Both the position numbers and the translations under genes were made by a program. The notes under the pieces were generated by a model that saw only the letters and a list, made by a program, of their open reading frames with translations, ran no database searches and had not been told where the DNA came from. From a virus (taxonomy: Duplodnaviria; Caudoviricetes), in the IMG/VR virus record IMGVR_UViG_3300008222_000010, positions 1 through 51,206 of that record: a DNA stretch of 51,206 nt; one strand, 5' to 3'. This document shows positions 8,951 to 17,968 of the stretch, piece by piece (the stretch's first letter is position 1; each line of letters starts with the position of its first letter).

Positions 8951-9144
8951 TGACTTTTCTCCTTAATCATTCTGACAATATCATCAAGCTCTTCTCTTTC
9001 CGAAACATGCTCAAGGATGAAGTTGGCTTTAGCTGTGATTATACTCCTTTCCAGCCAAGCGACCACTTCGCTACCACCCTCTGAGATATCGATTAATTGT
9101 TGTAGAGTGTCTACTTGTACGTCTAATGCTTCTAGCTTATTCAT
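8947..9144 (-). CDS. hypothetical protein
   Basis: 65 aa, ATGA-coupled, GAGGA RBS. Confidence 0.55.
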   Translation of the reverse strand: MNKLEALDVQVDTLQQLIDISEGGSEVVAWLERSIITAKANFILEHVSEREELDDIVRMIKEKSQ

Positions 9145-9284
9145 TTCTTGTCCTCTATTGATTTACAGATAAATGACACGGCGACAAACATATTGCTAAT
9201 CAAACCGAAATAGTCATCCACTGTGAGCGCGTACGGGACAAGCAACCCGGCAGCTATCAATAATGATGCCGCTGAACACTTCAT
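9141..9284 (-). CDS. small membrane protein (47 aa, not in the ORF track)
   Basis: MKCSAASLLIAAGLLVPYALTVDDYFGLISNMFVAVSFICKSIEDKK; ATGA overlaps at both ends. Confidence 0.6.
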   Translation of the reverse strand: MKCSAASLLIAAGLLVPYALTVDDYFGLISNMFVAVSFICKSIEDKK

Positions 9285-9481
9285 AGCTTAACCTCGGCAG
9301 TAACCGTGCAGTGAAAGCCCCAAGTCGACACCGGGGTTGGTTCAGCCATCAAATCAACCATTAGCGCGAAATCTGTTTCTATTTTAAAGTCGGTGGCGGT
9401 TAGCCCGGTGTCGTCATGAAATGCAGTCACCAACTGCTTAACATCATCCTCTAGCTTGGCTTTCTTTTCTTGTAGTGTCAT
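9281..9481 (-). CDS. hypothetical protein, first gene of an early cassette
   Basis: MTLQEKKAKL... after GGAGA RBS. Confidence 0.6.
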   Translation of the reverse strand: MTLQEKKAKLEDDVKQLVTAFHDDTGLTATDFKIETDFALMVDLMAEPTPVSTWGFHCTVTAEVKL

Positions 9482-9503
9482 ATTAATCTCCAATTAAAAA
9501 ACC

Positions 9504-9531
9504 AGCTTATCACGTCCGTGTGATATGTCAA
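9504..9531 (-). promoter_or_regulatory. sigma70-type early promoter
   Basis: TTGACA-16-TAAGCT with TG extension. Confidence 0.6.
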
Positions 9532-9981
9532 CTATTTAATTGGCTTATCCTGATTGCCACCGAATCTAGTTAATGCAACCTTGGCAATGCTACCCATATG
9601 CGGAGCCGCAAAATAGAATCCTAGTATCAACATCATGGCACCTGTCATTGATTGCGCATCGGCACTTATGACCGCAGCACTTGCCATTAGCTGTTCTGGA
9701 TTCTCGACCCATACGGCAGCTATCAATAAACCCTTAGCAATCAAGTATTGAATCAACCAGACAGCCGTAATCATAAGCGCAAGAAAGCGCCTAGCTAAAT
9801 TCTGACCCTTGGTTGACTCCATCCATCCGATAAGGAAGCTAGCGGCCTGAGCCTTCGCCTTGGCGCCATCCTCAGCCTTTTCTTCATCGGTATAGAATAA
9901 TTTATCAATACCATTGGTAACACCGCTCACAACGCCGTCAAGCGCCTTGTCGCTACCAAATAACCTACCCCAAAAACTCAT
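9532..9981 (-). CDS. putative holin (3TM / GTA-release holin-like)
   Basis: IDKLFYTDEEKA...RRFLALMI...ILGFYF pattern with two long hydrophobic segments. Confidence 0.6.
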   Translation of the reverse strand: MSFWGRLFGSDKALDGVVSGVTNGIDKLFYTDEEKAEDGAKAKAQAASFLIGWMESTKGQNLARRFLALMITAVWLIQYLIAKGLLIAAVWVENPEQLMASAAVISADAQSMTGAMMLILGFYFAAPHMGSIAKVALTRFGGNQDKPIK

Positions 9982-9985
9982 ATTA

Positions 9986-11287
9986 CTAACCCCACTGATT
10001 GAATGATGGTAAAACCGTTGCTGGTTTAATTAATGGATATTTCTTGGCGATAAAATAACCACACGCATCGATAGGATGGTCGGTGTCGCTTGTCTTGTCC
10101 GGCTCGCCATTTTTGTTATACGCTTGCTGCTCAAATGCTTCTACTGTTAATGGGCACTTATCAGGATTAACTAGATACCTACGTAACCCATCAGCATTGC
10201 AAAACATGGCGTTTACCGCGTTTATTCTATCCCTAACTCTAGGGTTTGATTTATCCACAACAACCCTGAACCCAGCATTACGAAGTAGTGTCAAGTCTGT
10301 CTCACTTGCATTAACAGACTTTCTGTTGTTGCCACTAGAATCTGGATAAACGTATATTTTAAACTTCTGAATATATCGACCTGTAGCGACGTCGTACTTC
10401 CAGTATTTGTCCTGAATTAGTCGTATCATTTCCGGTGTATCAAACGCACCCATTATCTCATCAACCGCATGAGCCTCACCGCCTCGCTGGACGTGTGTTA
10501 CCGCTGACATCTTACCAACGTTAAAATCCATACCTATATGCAGTACGTCGCTACCTTCGATTACTTCTGTAGACTTGTTTAGCTTGCGGTCAAACTGGTG
10601 ATACACGATACCGCTGGTCAGATTGGTAAATTCACCATTGATATACGCGTCAATGAGGTTTGATGGGTAAGTGGTGCGTAACGTATCGACGTAATCACTA
10701 GGCAAAAATGGATTAGACAGTGTGCTAGCCTGAATCATTTCATAACCAGCTTTGGGCGTCTTCTTCCAGTATTTGTATACGAACTTAAACCCTTCCGGCG
10801 TAGTGTAAACTGACACGCGGTTAAATGGATTGTCGATACCTTCCGGTGATTGTCTGTTACGCGCTATAATCTTTATCCACGCATCTAACGCCTTCTCTTC
10901 CTTGAGCGTATCCAATTCATCAACGTGCGCACGGTACGTTTGATAACCAATGATTCGAGCCGGATTATCTAGCGTACGTAAAATGAAATCACCCATCTGA
11001 CCGTTGCTGGTATAGATGATGTTCTCGGATTTGTTGTACTTGTAGCGAATGCCGTACTGCTGTAGTTTCTCCTCCATCCGTGGAGCCATGATTAAGCGCA
11101 CCAAATCATAAGTAGGCTCATACAGCCCGATAAGCGCGTTGGATGATGAGCACGCGTCCATGAAGGCTTGGTTAGCCATCGTCTCTGATTTACCTGTACC
11201 AAACCCGCCAACAAAAGCGGGGTGCTTACAGGTCAGCGCATGGAAGTCTGCTTGTGGCTGCGTAGGCCTTATCTTAACCGTTCGCAC
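9986..11287 (-). CDS. terL: terminase large subunit
   Basis: Walker A GGFGTGKS, Walker B AHVDELD, nuclease IGMDFN and DHPIDACGY. Confidence 0.93.
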   Translation of the reverse strand: MRTVKIRPTQPQADFHALTCKHPAFVGGFGTGKSETMANQAFMDACSSSNALIGLYEPTYDLVRLIMAPRMEEKLQQYGIRYKYNKSENIIYTSNGQMGDFILRTLDNPARIIGYQTYRAHVDELDTLKEEKALDAWIKIIARNRQSPEGIDNPFNRVSVYTTPEGFKFVYKYWKKTPKAGYEMIQASTLSNPFLPSDYVDTLRTTYPSNLIDAYINGEFTNLTSGIVYHQFDRKLNKSTEVIEGSDVLHIGMDFNVGKMSAVTHVQRGGEAHAVDEIMGAFDTPEMIRLIQDKYWKYDVATGRYIQKFKIYVYPDSSGNNRKSVNASETDLTLLRNAGFRVVVDKSNPRVRDRINAVNAMFCNADGLRRYLVNPDKCPLTVEAFEQQAYNKNGEPDKTSDTDHPIDACGYFIAKKYPLIKPATVLPSFNQWG

Positions 11288-11759
11288 TGGTCACAACCTC
11301 AATCTCAATCTTGCCGATAGTTTGGTTGTCGCCCTCTACTTCTTTCTCGCCCCACATTTCAGGTGAATGCTTAGATATCAAGAACTTAGCAGCCGCAACA
11401 TCTGGCATGATTTGCTTTTCCATGACTTCTACGCGTGCGACTTCGCCGTTTTCTCTAACTGTTTTGGTCTCTTTGAAGCCGTAGCCTTTCGCGCGCTTAA
11501 CTAACGAGCGATGACACATTGAGGTTAGGTTGATATTAACTTCATTCTTTGCGCGTGACATTGCCGGGTATCGATCAATCCAACCGCCAAGGGTTGACTT
11601 GTCTATGCCAAAAAATGCTGCAATCTCAGGATGGCTACAACCGATAACGGCGTAGTTAGCGTAATGCTCGGGATGATATGTTGCGTCGTACTTTTGATTT
11701 ACGTGCTTAGTCTCGCCTTCCGGATTGTCTTCGCGAGATATTACTTTTCCATCTGCCAT
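11274..11759 (-). CDS. terS: terminase small subunit
   Basis: HTH (EIAAFFGIDKSTLGGW), KRAKGY...PDVAAAKFL...PEMW motif; overlaps terL. Confidence 0.85.
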   Translation of the reverse strand: MADGKVISREDNPEGETKHVNQKYDATYHPEHYANYAVIGCSHPEIAAFFGIDKSTLGGWIDRYPAMSRAKNEVNINLTSMCHRSLVKRAKGYGFKETKTVRENGEVARVEVMEKQIMPDVAAAKFLISKHSPEMWGEKEVEGDNQTIGKIEIEVVTSANG

Positions 11760-11765
11760 TAATAG

Positions 11766-11814
11766 ACCCTATTATTTGACTGTGCCGGACTCCGGCTAAT
11801 AGGGCATTATATCA
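11766..11814 (-). promoter_or_regulatory. late extended -10 promoter with RBS-sequestering hairpin
   Basis: minus strand TGATATAAT-GCCCTATTA-[gccggagtccggc inner hairpin]-acagtcaaa-TAATAGGGT-ctatta-ATG. Confidence 0.8.
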
Positions 11815-11821
11815 TGACAAT

Positions 11822-11843
11822 AAAAAGCCCCGATTAAGGGGCT
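11822..11843 (-). terminator. intrinsic terminator
   Basis: AGCCCC-ttaatc-GGGGCT-TTTT. Confidence 0.8.
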
Positions 11844-11849
11844 TGTGAA

Positions 11850-12278
11850 TTAGTGCGCTTCTTTGTCATTAACGTGCTTATCGAATAGCTTTTTATGTCT
11901 GCGCGAGAACCTTGCCACCCAAGCCACCGCCGCCGCAACCAGTACAGTAATCGTTACGTGATAAAAATCAGAGGCGGCGACCACTAAAAGTGGGAGGAAA
12001 AGCAATGAAAACGCAACCATAAAGAATGCTACTATGCCATCTGAGTAGTAGAGTCCGCATCTTTCTTTGTAATTCCAAGCTCTTGAATCGCTCTCCTCGT
12101 ACCCGAACAGTTTCCCGAATACGTAACTGTTTACCGCGCTAACCCTGCCAACCTTCGAATCATCAATCCAAGACCAAAGCCACTGAACGTACCAGCCAAG
12201 AAGGTAAGTAGCGAACCAGCAAGTAGAGAGAAGGATACCGACAATAAAAGCGATACCGTAAGCGTTAATTTCATTCAT
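11850..12278 (-). CDS. membrane protein, stand-alone moron-like gene
   Basis: 142 aa with ~3 hydrophobic segments; has its own promoter and terminator. Confidence 0.7.
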   Translation of the reverse strand: MNEINAYGIAFIVGILLSTCWFATYLLGWYVQWLWSWIDDSKVGRVSAVNSYVFGKLFGYEESDSRAWNYKERCGLYYSDGIVAFFMVAFSLLFLPLLVVAASDFYHVTITVLVAAAVAWVARFSRRHKKLFDKHVNDKEAH

Positions 12279-12307
12279 TTTATTTCCTTTTGATTAATTG
12301 AGTGCCT

Positions 12308-12335
12308 ACAATATCACACGCACACCACTTGTCAA
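12308..12335 (-). promoter_or_regulatory. sigma70-type early promoter
   Basis: TTGACA-16-TATTGT with TG extension and an UP-like A/T tract. Confidence 0.7.
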
Positions 12336-12356
12336 CACCTTATTTAAATTAAACAC

Positions 12357-12377
12357 AAAAAAACCACCCTAAGGTGG
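12357..12377 (-). terminator. intrinsic terminator
   Basis: CCACC-ttag-GGTGG plus a T run. Confidence 0.7.
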
Positions 12378-12404
12378 CGAAAACTGCTGCTTACTAGCTG
12401 CCAG

Positions 12405-12794
12405 TTATTTTTTTTGGGATTCAACAATCTTTTCTAGAAGTTGGTTGGTCTTTGCTTCTTGGGTCGTTGTTTGGTACATGTCGGCGGCAAACATCAACAG
12501 CAAACCACCAACAAAACTGACCGCTAGGGTGCGTACACTTTTACGCATTTCGTTAACGCTATCAGTGGTAAATGAGTTACGCATAATTGCCTCGTCATGC
12601 TCGTCTGTTTTGGACTCGCATTTTATCACTCGTTTATCTAGCTGATTAAGCTCAATACGCATTGACTCACTAGTTGCCATTGACTCTGCGATTTTATCTA
12701 GGGTCGACTCCATCTTTTCCATGCGCCTGTCGCTATTTTCGTTTGCCTGCGTCTGAACCGCTATGAAACTGGCTATCGTTTGTTCGTCGCTCAT
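12405..12794 (-). CDS. coiled-coil protein with C-terminal TM (possible holin/lysis accessory)
   Basis: 129 aa; heptad region followed by LAVSFVGGLLLMFAA. Confidence 0.55.
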   Translation of the reverse strand: MSDEQTIASFIAVQTQANENSDRRMEKMESTLDKIAESMATSESMRIELNQLDKRVIKCESKTDEHDEAIMRNSFTTDSVNEMRKSVRTLAVSFVGGLLLMFAADMYQTTTQEAKTNQLLEKIVESQKK

Positions 12795-13240
12795 ATTTTA
12801 CCGTCTGGATTATCAAAAGTACTATCACGTATGATACCACAACACCAATAAACGCAAACGCAAACGCTAGAAACGAGATAAAAAAGTCCATTTGTTATCA
12901 CCACCATTGCTGACGCTATCTCGATTGAGAAGTATATGTTTTTCCAGCTCAACATATTGTTTTGTTTTATGTCCACTAATAAGTAATACATATCAGGATG
13001 AATCATTATAGCATTGAATATGCCTGATACTGACATTGATAGGCATAGTAGCAATGCGAAAACTCGTTGTAACCCTCTTCTCGGAATGATTAGCAAACAG
13101 GCTATCGAGGTGGCAATGTATGTGAATGCTGCGACCGTATTGGCTAATCCGTACAGGTACTCATGTACGTAATCCATTGCGGGTGAGGACACAAAAAAGC
13201 CAGCGGTTAAACTGGCAATTAAAATTAAAAGCAACCGCAT
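12791..13240 (-). CDS. multi-pass membrane protein
   Basis: 149 aa with ~4 hydrophobic segments. Confidence 0.6.
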   Translation of the reverse strand: MRLLLILIASLTAGFFVSSPAMDYVHEYLYGLANTVAAFTYIATSIACLLIIPRRGLQRVFALLLCLSMSVSGIFNAIMIHPDMYYLLVDIKQNNMLSWKNIYFSIEIASAMVVITNGLFYLVSSVCVCVYWCCGIIRDSTFDNPDGKI

Positions 13241-13241
13241 A

Positions 13242-13487
13242 TTATGGCTTATCCGGTGGTGGTCTGGTTGTGCCGTCGCCGCGTTTATCTGCCATCAATC
13301 TATCCTCTTTTGAGTGGGACTTAATTGTATCATAGAATGCAAGCGCCACTGAGTAAGGTAGCACTACGGGGGCGAGCGTCACGTTAAGCCAGATAGATTT
13401 ACCGCGCGGGTACCTGTACAGAATCCACGCCACCAGTGCGCATGAGCCGATAATGTATAGTAATAATAATATTAATGCTGTAATCAT
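13242..13487 (-). CDS. membrane protein whose 3' end also encodes a possible 17-aa peptide (13242-13295)
   Basis: 81 aa, N-terminal TM; internal TGATACAAT, GAGGA RBS and ATG give MADKRGDGTTRPPPDKP. Confidence 0.55.
   Translation of the reverse strand: MITALILLLLYIIGSCALVAWILYRYPRGKSIWLNVTLAPVVLPYSVALAFYDTIKSHSKEDRLMADKRGDGTTRPPPDKP
13324..13332 (-). promoter_or_regulatory. probable late extended -10 promoter (TGATACAAT)
   Basis: matches the aTGnTAyAAT motif; lies ~28 nt before an RBS-preceded ATG. Confidence 0.5.
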
Positions 13488-13603
13488 CTTTTGTTCCTCT
13501 TGATTTCTTTTTCGTAGTTAGACGCTTCGTTAAGCCAGTAACTCGTTAGCTTTTCGTGCTTCTTCGTAACATTGTCCTGCTTTACTTTCGTAATACCCTG
13601 TCA

Positions 13604-14728
13604 TTATTGCCCCTTCAATTTAATATCTAGTATCGGTGATTCTAACAGCTTTTCAACTACACTTTCACCCGGTAGCGTTCCACGTACCAATGATAGCATT
13701 GTGTCCTTGAGGCTTGCTCTTATTGGCTTAAGGTACTTAATGTGCCATTCGACAGCCGTTACGCCACCGCTACATATCTCCGACCCAGCCAGCACAACGT
13801 TATCATTTGATGATACGTCGTGAGAATACACCTTTACCTCCTTGCCTTCCCATTCCGAATCGCCCCAGCCATCGATTCTACACATCGTACCAACTGGCGG
13901 TAACTCGCCATTGTCTTTCATTTCTTGTGTGAAGATTGGTTTTATCGTTTCAATCTTTATCGAGCCTGATGGCATTGAGTTGAAAACGTCTTTAAATGCG
14001 GCAGCCTCGGCTTCTGCTTCTTCATGAGAGTAGCCAGAAAAAACCTTCATGTCAATTAGTTTGGTTCTTTCGCTTGGGGTTTCGGTTGTACCCTCGCATG
14101 ACCATTCGCAACCCTTCTCACCGACTGAGAATGTGTAATGCTCGCCATTATTACCGTTTTGACCGATAGCATCGATACGGTTATTGGTAGGCCATTCAAT
14201 AGCTGTCAGCGGAGACGAAAATGTAATATCGCCACTTTTAATTCTACCGATTACCTCATCATGCAACGGGTGGTCAGCAATCGACACTGCGACCGCAGCG
14301 ACACGCTTACTCACATATTCATTACGCGCCATTTCGACAAGCTCAAGCTCCGTGAATTTAGCGGTTTTTGTTACGTAGCGTTTTTTGTTATTTCTGTCAT
14401 CGGCGTCATTAAAGTCATCGCCATCGGTCGCCTCGATTAAAAATAGCTCGCCACTAACGCCAATAAACTTATCACCGCCCTCAAACTTATGCCCTGCCTT
14501 CCAAAACCAGTCAAGCGTTGGGTAGCCGCGACTGGATTGGTCGTCTAGGTTTAGGTCTGAAAAATTATCAATCTCACACTCATTGATATCATTGACATCC
14601 CTATCGCCCCACGTGATAGTCATATTTTTACGTGAAAACATTGCGAATTTCCTGCGATGAAAGCACCAATGTAAGTCACTCGCATCTTTAGTGTTTTCTA
14701 ATGTTAATTTATTATCTTTACCGCGCAT
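13604..14728 (-). CDS. multidomain hypothetical phage protein
   Basis: 374 aa; IDAIGQNGNNGEHY and FTQEMKDNGELPPVG motifs recalled from gammaproteobacterial phage early proteins. Confidence 0.7.
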   Translation of the reverse strand: MRGKDNKLTLENTKDASDLHWCFHRRKFAMFSRKNMTITWGDRDVNDINECEIDNFSDLNLDDQSSRGYPTLDWFWKAGHKFEGGDKFIGVSGELFLIEATDGDDFNDADDRNNKKRYVTKTAKFTELELVEMARNEYVSKRVAAVAVSIADHPLHDEVIGRIKSGDITFSSPLTAIEWPTNNRIDAIGQNGNNGEHYTFSVGEKGCEWSCEGTTETPSERTKLIDMKVFSGYSHEEAEAEAAAFKDVFNSMPSGSIKIETIKPIFTQEMKDNGELPPVGTMCRIDGWGDSEWEGKEVKVYSHDVSSNDNVVLAGSEICSGGVTAVEWHIKYLKPIRASLKDTMLSLVRGTLPGESVVEKLLESPILDIKLKGQ

Positions 14729-14729
14729 G

Positions 14730-15005
14730 TTATTCTCCTAGTGCCAGTTTAATTTTGGTTTCGAGCGCCGCCATCCTACTTACTGCCATGCAGCGAGCCT
14801 CCAATAGCGACTCACACTCACGGACAGCATCTAGACATTCGCGACTTGCTAGAGCAGAGATCAGCCCTTCAATTGTCATATGGTACGTGGTATTGCACAG
14901 CTTTTCTTCACCCGGAATCTTTGCGTCATCACCAGCGATAGACACTTCATGCAACTTGTATTGGTGCGCGTCCGATGTTATCGCGTATTTATCTAGCTTA
15001 ATCAT
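14730..15005 (-). CDS. DUF5405-like phage protein
   Basis: YAITSDAHQYKL.E....G......TYH..IE.L motif. Confidence 0.55.
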   Translation of the reverse strand: MIKLDKYAITSDAHQYKLHEVSIAGDDAKIPGEEKLCNTTYHMTIEGLISALASRECLDAVRECESLLEARCMAVSRMAALETKIKLALGE

Positions 15006-15006
15006 A

Positions 15007-15501
15007 TTATTTCCCCTTTGATAGTTTAATTGTGTATTTTACCTGTGAGACGCTAAGGTCTAACGCCTCACCAATAGCATCGTAAGACATTTTTCCGACC
15101 AGTGCAAGCACTTTATCTGCTCTTTTTAATACTGAGCTTCGGCGCCCTGAATTGAACTTTTCCGAAAACTGCGGGAAGTCGCTATTAACTCTAGCCATAA
15201 CGCGATGCTTGCACACGCCAAATTCAGTTACTAGCTCTTCGATGGTGCCACATTCACGAACCATGCGACCTAGTCGTGCGGTAGAAATTGCAGGCGTACG
15301 AACGAATTTGCAATACTCAGCTGGAAAGTCACGCGCAACACGATATTTAACAAACGATATTTTCTTGTCCCACATGCGACACAGGTCATCGTAAGTACTT
15401 GCCTTGTCGATACATTCTTTTGCGTACTTGATTGTTACCGGATTAAGCCAATCGATAAACTTGCCCTTGCCGCCCCTTTTCATTACAAACATTATTCCCA
15501 T
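15007..15501 (-). CDS. tandem-HTH DNA-binding protein
   Basis: two internal repeats ending (R/S)DFP...KF plus C-terminal HTH YDAIGEALDLSVSQVKY. Confidence 0.6.
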   Translation of the reverse strand: MGIMFVMKRGGKGKFIDWLNPVTIKYAKECIDKASTYDDLCRMWDKKISFVKYRVARDFPAEYCKFVRTPAISTARLGRMVRECGTIEELVTEFGVCKHRVMARVNSDFPQFSEKFNSGRRSSVLKRADKVLALVGKMSYDAIGEALDLSVSQVKYTIKLSKGK

Positions 15502-15845
15502 GCTCCCTTGTATTTCTTATTAAACTTTACCGCAATCTTATACACATGATTCAATGTACAGCCCGCGTATGATGCAATTTGTTTTGCTGTAAGTGTTGGC
15601 GATATAATATCCGCAACCTCTTGCTGTGACAGGTTGCATTTGACCCTCAATTCATCAAGTATACCGCCGTACAAATCCATATTGCGACTAAGTGTGCCCC
15701 TGACACTATTCTCGCTCTGACCGACCAACACAGCCAGAGAATTCATCGAGAAGCTTAGGTCATTATCGATATGCCACGCAATAGCATCAACCGTTTGCTG
15801 ATTTCGCCATTGCATACAGCCACCGCTAGAGCGTGACACTTCCAT
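15492..15845 (-). CDS. double-HTH protein
   Basis: SMNSLAVLVGQSENSVRGTL and TAKQIASYAGCTLNHVYKI. Confidence 0.55.
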   Translation of the reverse strand: MEVSRSSGGCMQWRNQQTVDAIAWHIDNDLSFSMNSLAVLVGQSENSVRGTLSRNMDLYGGILDELRVKCNLSQQEVADIISPTLTAKQIASYAGCTLNHVYKIAVKFNKKYKGAWE

Positions 15846-16021
15846 TACTTACACCACTGTCTAACGTATGCGTAACGGTTTTCGCACAGAGACTTTATGG
15901 CTTTATTTTTGGCTGTTATAGCCGCGCCAAGCGCCTGTACGTATGATTCTTCTGCCAATTCGAACTGATGTTGCCGCTCTTGCTTTAACGCCTTTAGCGC
16001 TAGGTCTTTACATAGTTTCAT
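15845..16021 (-). CDS. small helical protein, ANR-family-like (58 aa, not in the ORF track)
   Basis: MKLCKDLALKALKQERQHQFELAEESYVQALGAA...LCENRYAYV; TAATG coupling at both ends. Confidence 0.5.
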   Translation of the reverse strand: MKLCKDLALKALKQERQHQFELAEESYVQALGAAITAKNKAIKSLCENRYAYVRQWCK

Positions 16022-16413
16022 TATTTGTTACTCCAAGTGTTTTCTCGTGAGTTAAATTCTTCTGGTATCGCACCATTATTATCAATAACGTATTGGCATC
16101 GTTCTTTTAGGTCTTTGAAGGTACTAGGCCAATTATATTCAAAAAAGAATGCCCACGGGTCATCACAAGAATCACTCACACCAAGAAGGCCTACTGAATA
16201 CCTTTCATACATGAAGATATCCGCGCCATAAATAAACTCCTCTGGGTGCCCATCTAGCGCAGCTAAATAGCCAGCGAAACAAAATGATGTGCCGCAAGCA
16301 TTAGTCTTTGGCATGCCTTCCTCACTACCGCAAAAGCTCCTCATATCAAGCTCAAAACTTTCATCAAGTGCAATGCCACGTTTGGCTACTGCTAGGTTTA
16401 GTTTTTTATTCAT
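16021..16413 (-). CDS. conserved hypothetical phage protein
   Basis: CGTSFCFAG motif; AAGGA RBS. Confidence 0.65.
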   Translation of the reverse strand: MNKKLNLAVAKRGIALDESFELDMRSFCGSEEGMPKTNACGTSFCFAGYLAALDGHPEEFIYGADIFMYERYSVGLLGVSDSCDDPWAFFFEYNWPSTFKDLKERCQYVIDNNGAIPEEFNSRENTWSNK

Positions 16414-16437
16414 CTTCTTTTCCTTTTAATTTGTTGC

Positions 16438-16638
16438 TTATTCTGTTTCAACTAAGATGTCGCAAAAGTCGAGGCCAGCAACGTTCATCTCCTTAGCCAC
16501 CATCGGCGTTAAAAATAACACACTAACAACCTTCTCGCTCATGTAGCTTACTGGCATGTGGTCTCCCACGGTAGGCTTGCACGGTAGGATTATTAGTTCA
16601 GTCTTTCCATTTAACTTGTTCGTTACATATACCTTCAT
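16438..16638 (-). CDS. hypothetical protein
   Basis: MKVYVTNK... after AAGGA RBS; GTTGAC element upstream at ~16693-16699. Confidence 0.55.
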   Translation of the reverse strand: MKVYVTNKLNGKTELIILPCKPTVGDHMPVSYMSEKVVSVLFLTPMVAKEMNVAGLDFCDILVETE

Positions 16639-16706
16639 TTTCCTTTCCTTTCCCTTATTAAGTGACACCATAATTACATACCTAAATCATGGCGTCAACA
16701 TTTAAT

Positions 16707-17162
16707 TTAATTATTTTCCCAAGCGCCCATTTGCTCGAACAAATCCATGACGAAATCACCATTATTCATATCAGCGATGTCGTATCCGTACGGTGATGCA
16801 ATCCAGCCAGTGTTAACGATATTTATGCCAGCGCCTTGCTTGAGTTTGTCGTGTATCAATTCGAATTCATTAGCTATATTAATGATGCTTTTTAGCTCGC
16901 CTTTAGACTCTTGGTGAACCTTGATAAACTTCTCTTTTGCTGACTTGATATAACCGTGCACAGCGGCAACGTAAGACCATTTATAGTTACATCGATAGAA
17001 TGCCTCTACTAGTGATGGAGTTGTCGCTACAAAGCCACCAGTGGATAAATCTAACACTCTAATAGGCTCGCTGCCGATAGCACACATGACGTAATCTTTT
17101 AGTAACCCCTGCATTGCACGCTCTTTCGCTAGCCTCGGGCTGTACTTCTTGCGCTTACTCAT
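16707..17162 (-). CDS. hypothetical phage protein
   Basis: 151 aa, MSKRKKYSPR N-terminus, ATGA coupling. Confidence 0.65.
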   Translation of the reverse strand: MSKRKKYSPRLAKERAMQGLLKDYVMCAIGSEPIRVLDLSTGGFVATTPSLVEAFYRCNYKWSYVAAVHGYIKSAKEKFIKVHQESKGELKSIINIANEFELIHDKLKQGAGINIVNTGWIASPYGYDIADMNNGDFVMDLFEQMGAWENN

Positions 17163-17650
17163 CGTTTTGACTCCTGATATTTTAGTAGTGAGTCGATGTG
17201 TATGATGACCTGACTAGTGTGGGGCGCTGGAAAATTTAATATCCACGCGATGTCAGTACTAAAAAATGGCACAGGGTACCTGTAGTACACTTTACCGTCA
17301 TGTGATTTTGCTGGCATACACGGCTGAACCTCCCAGTGACAATCTAAGAAGCACAGGAATTTAATTGAGTTACGATTAAATATTCTCATGTCTGGCATCT
17401 CATTAATCCAAGGCATATTATCAAAGTCGTTGTCGCAATATATACCAACGAAGCACGACAACTCGCCGCTAGGTACGCCTCGATGGTCAAGTTGGTTGCC
17501 GAATAAATCGAACGACGCGCAATCGTCAGTGGACGTAGTACCCTTAATGATACCGCTAGCGACAGACTCCACTAGCAGGTGCTCTCCATTTGACATTGCA
17601 GCGATATCACCGACAACTGGCAGTCTTGGCAGGTGTGTTCTATTTATCAT
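17159..17650 (-). CDS. hypothetical protein, paralogue of the N-terminal part of 19662..20354
   Basis: shared VGD, PW..(D/E)MPD..IF, HDG..Y and I.I..L..YQ motifs. Confidence 0.65.
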   Translation of the reverse strand: MINRTHLPRLPVVGDIAAMSNGEHLLVESVASGIIKGTTSTDDCASFDLFGNQLDHRGVPSGELSCFVGIYCDNDFDNMPWINEMPDMRIFNRNSIKFLCFLDCHWEVQPCMPAKSHDGKVYYRYPVPFFSTDIAWILNFPAPHTSQVIIHIDSLLKYQESKR

Positions 17651-17891
17651 TTTCATTATCCTTAATCTGCCCACGGATATCATTACGCACCAGCGGTAAA
17701 TTCAACAGGTCGCTAATGTCGACATCCTCATTATCGACCACCGTATATAAATAATTAAGGTCGTACTCTTCCGGCCTGTACGCGTTAAATTCGTCCGCAG
17801 CTTCTTCTGGATAATACCAGTACGATACAAAACAATCTAATGTCTCGTCGCAGATGTCAAGTGTTACTAATTCGTTATATGTTGCTGTCAT
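17640..17891 (-). CDS. small acidic protein, first gene after a promoter
   Basis: MTATYNELV... after GGAGA RBS; very D/E/Y-rich. Confidence 0.65.
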   Translation of the reverse strand: MTATYNELVTLDICDETLDCFVSYWYYPEEAADEFNAYRPEEYDLNYLYTVVDNEDVDISDLLNLPLVRNDIRGQIKDNENDK

Positions 17892-17904
17892 ATTATTCTC
17901 CAAT

Positions 17905-17942
17905 AAAAAACCCATCGTATTACGGATGGGTTTGTGTGTCAA
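17905..17942 (-). promoter_or_regulatory. sigma70 promoter embedded in a terminator-like hairpin
   Basis: TTGACA-17-TACGAT; AAACCCATC/GATGGGTTT inverted repeat plus a T run. Confidence 0.75.
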
Positions 17943-17968
17943 CGATTATTTAATTTATTTTGGTGCTA

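Noticed and set aside
10251-10259. DnaA box TTATCCACA
   Set aside because: A single copy inside terL coding sequence, far from the origin-like region.
13484-13604. 24-aa ORF (MTGYYESK...) that would extend to the next gene's start if shifted +1
   Set aside because: No recognised frameshift signal; it cannot be told apart from a short ORF, decayed gene or sequencing indel without homologues.
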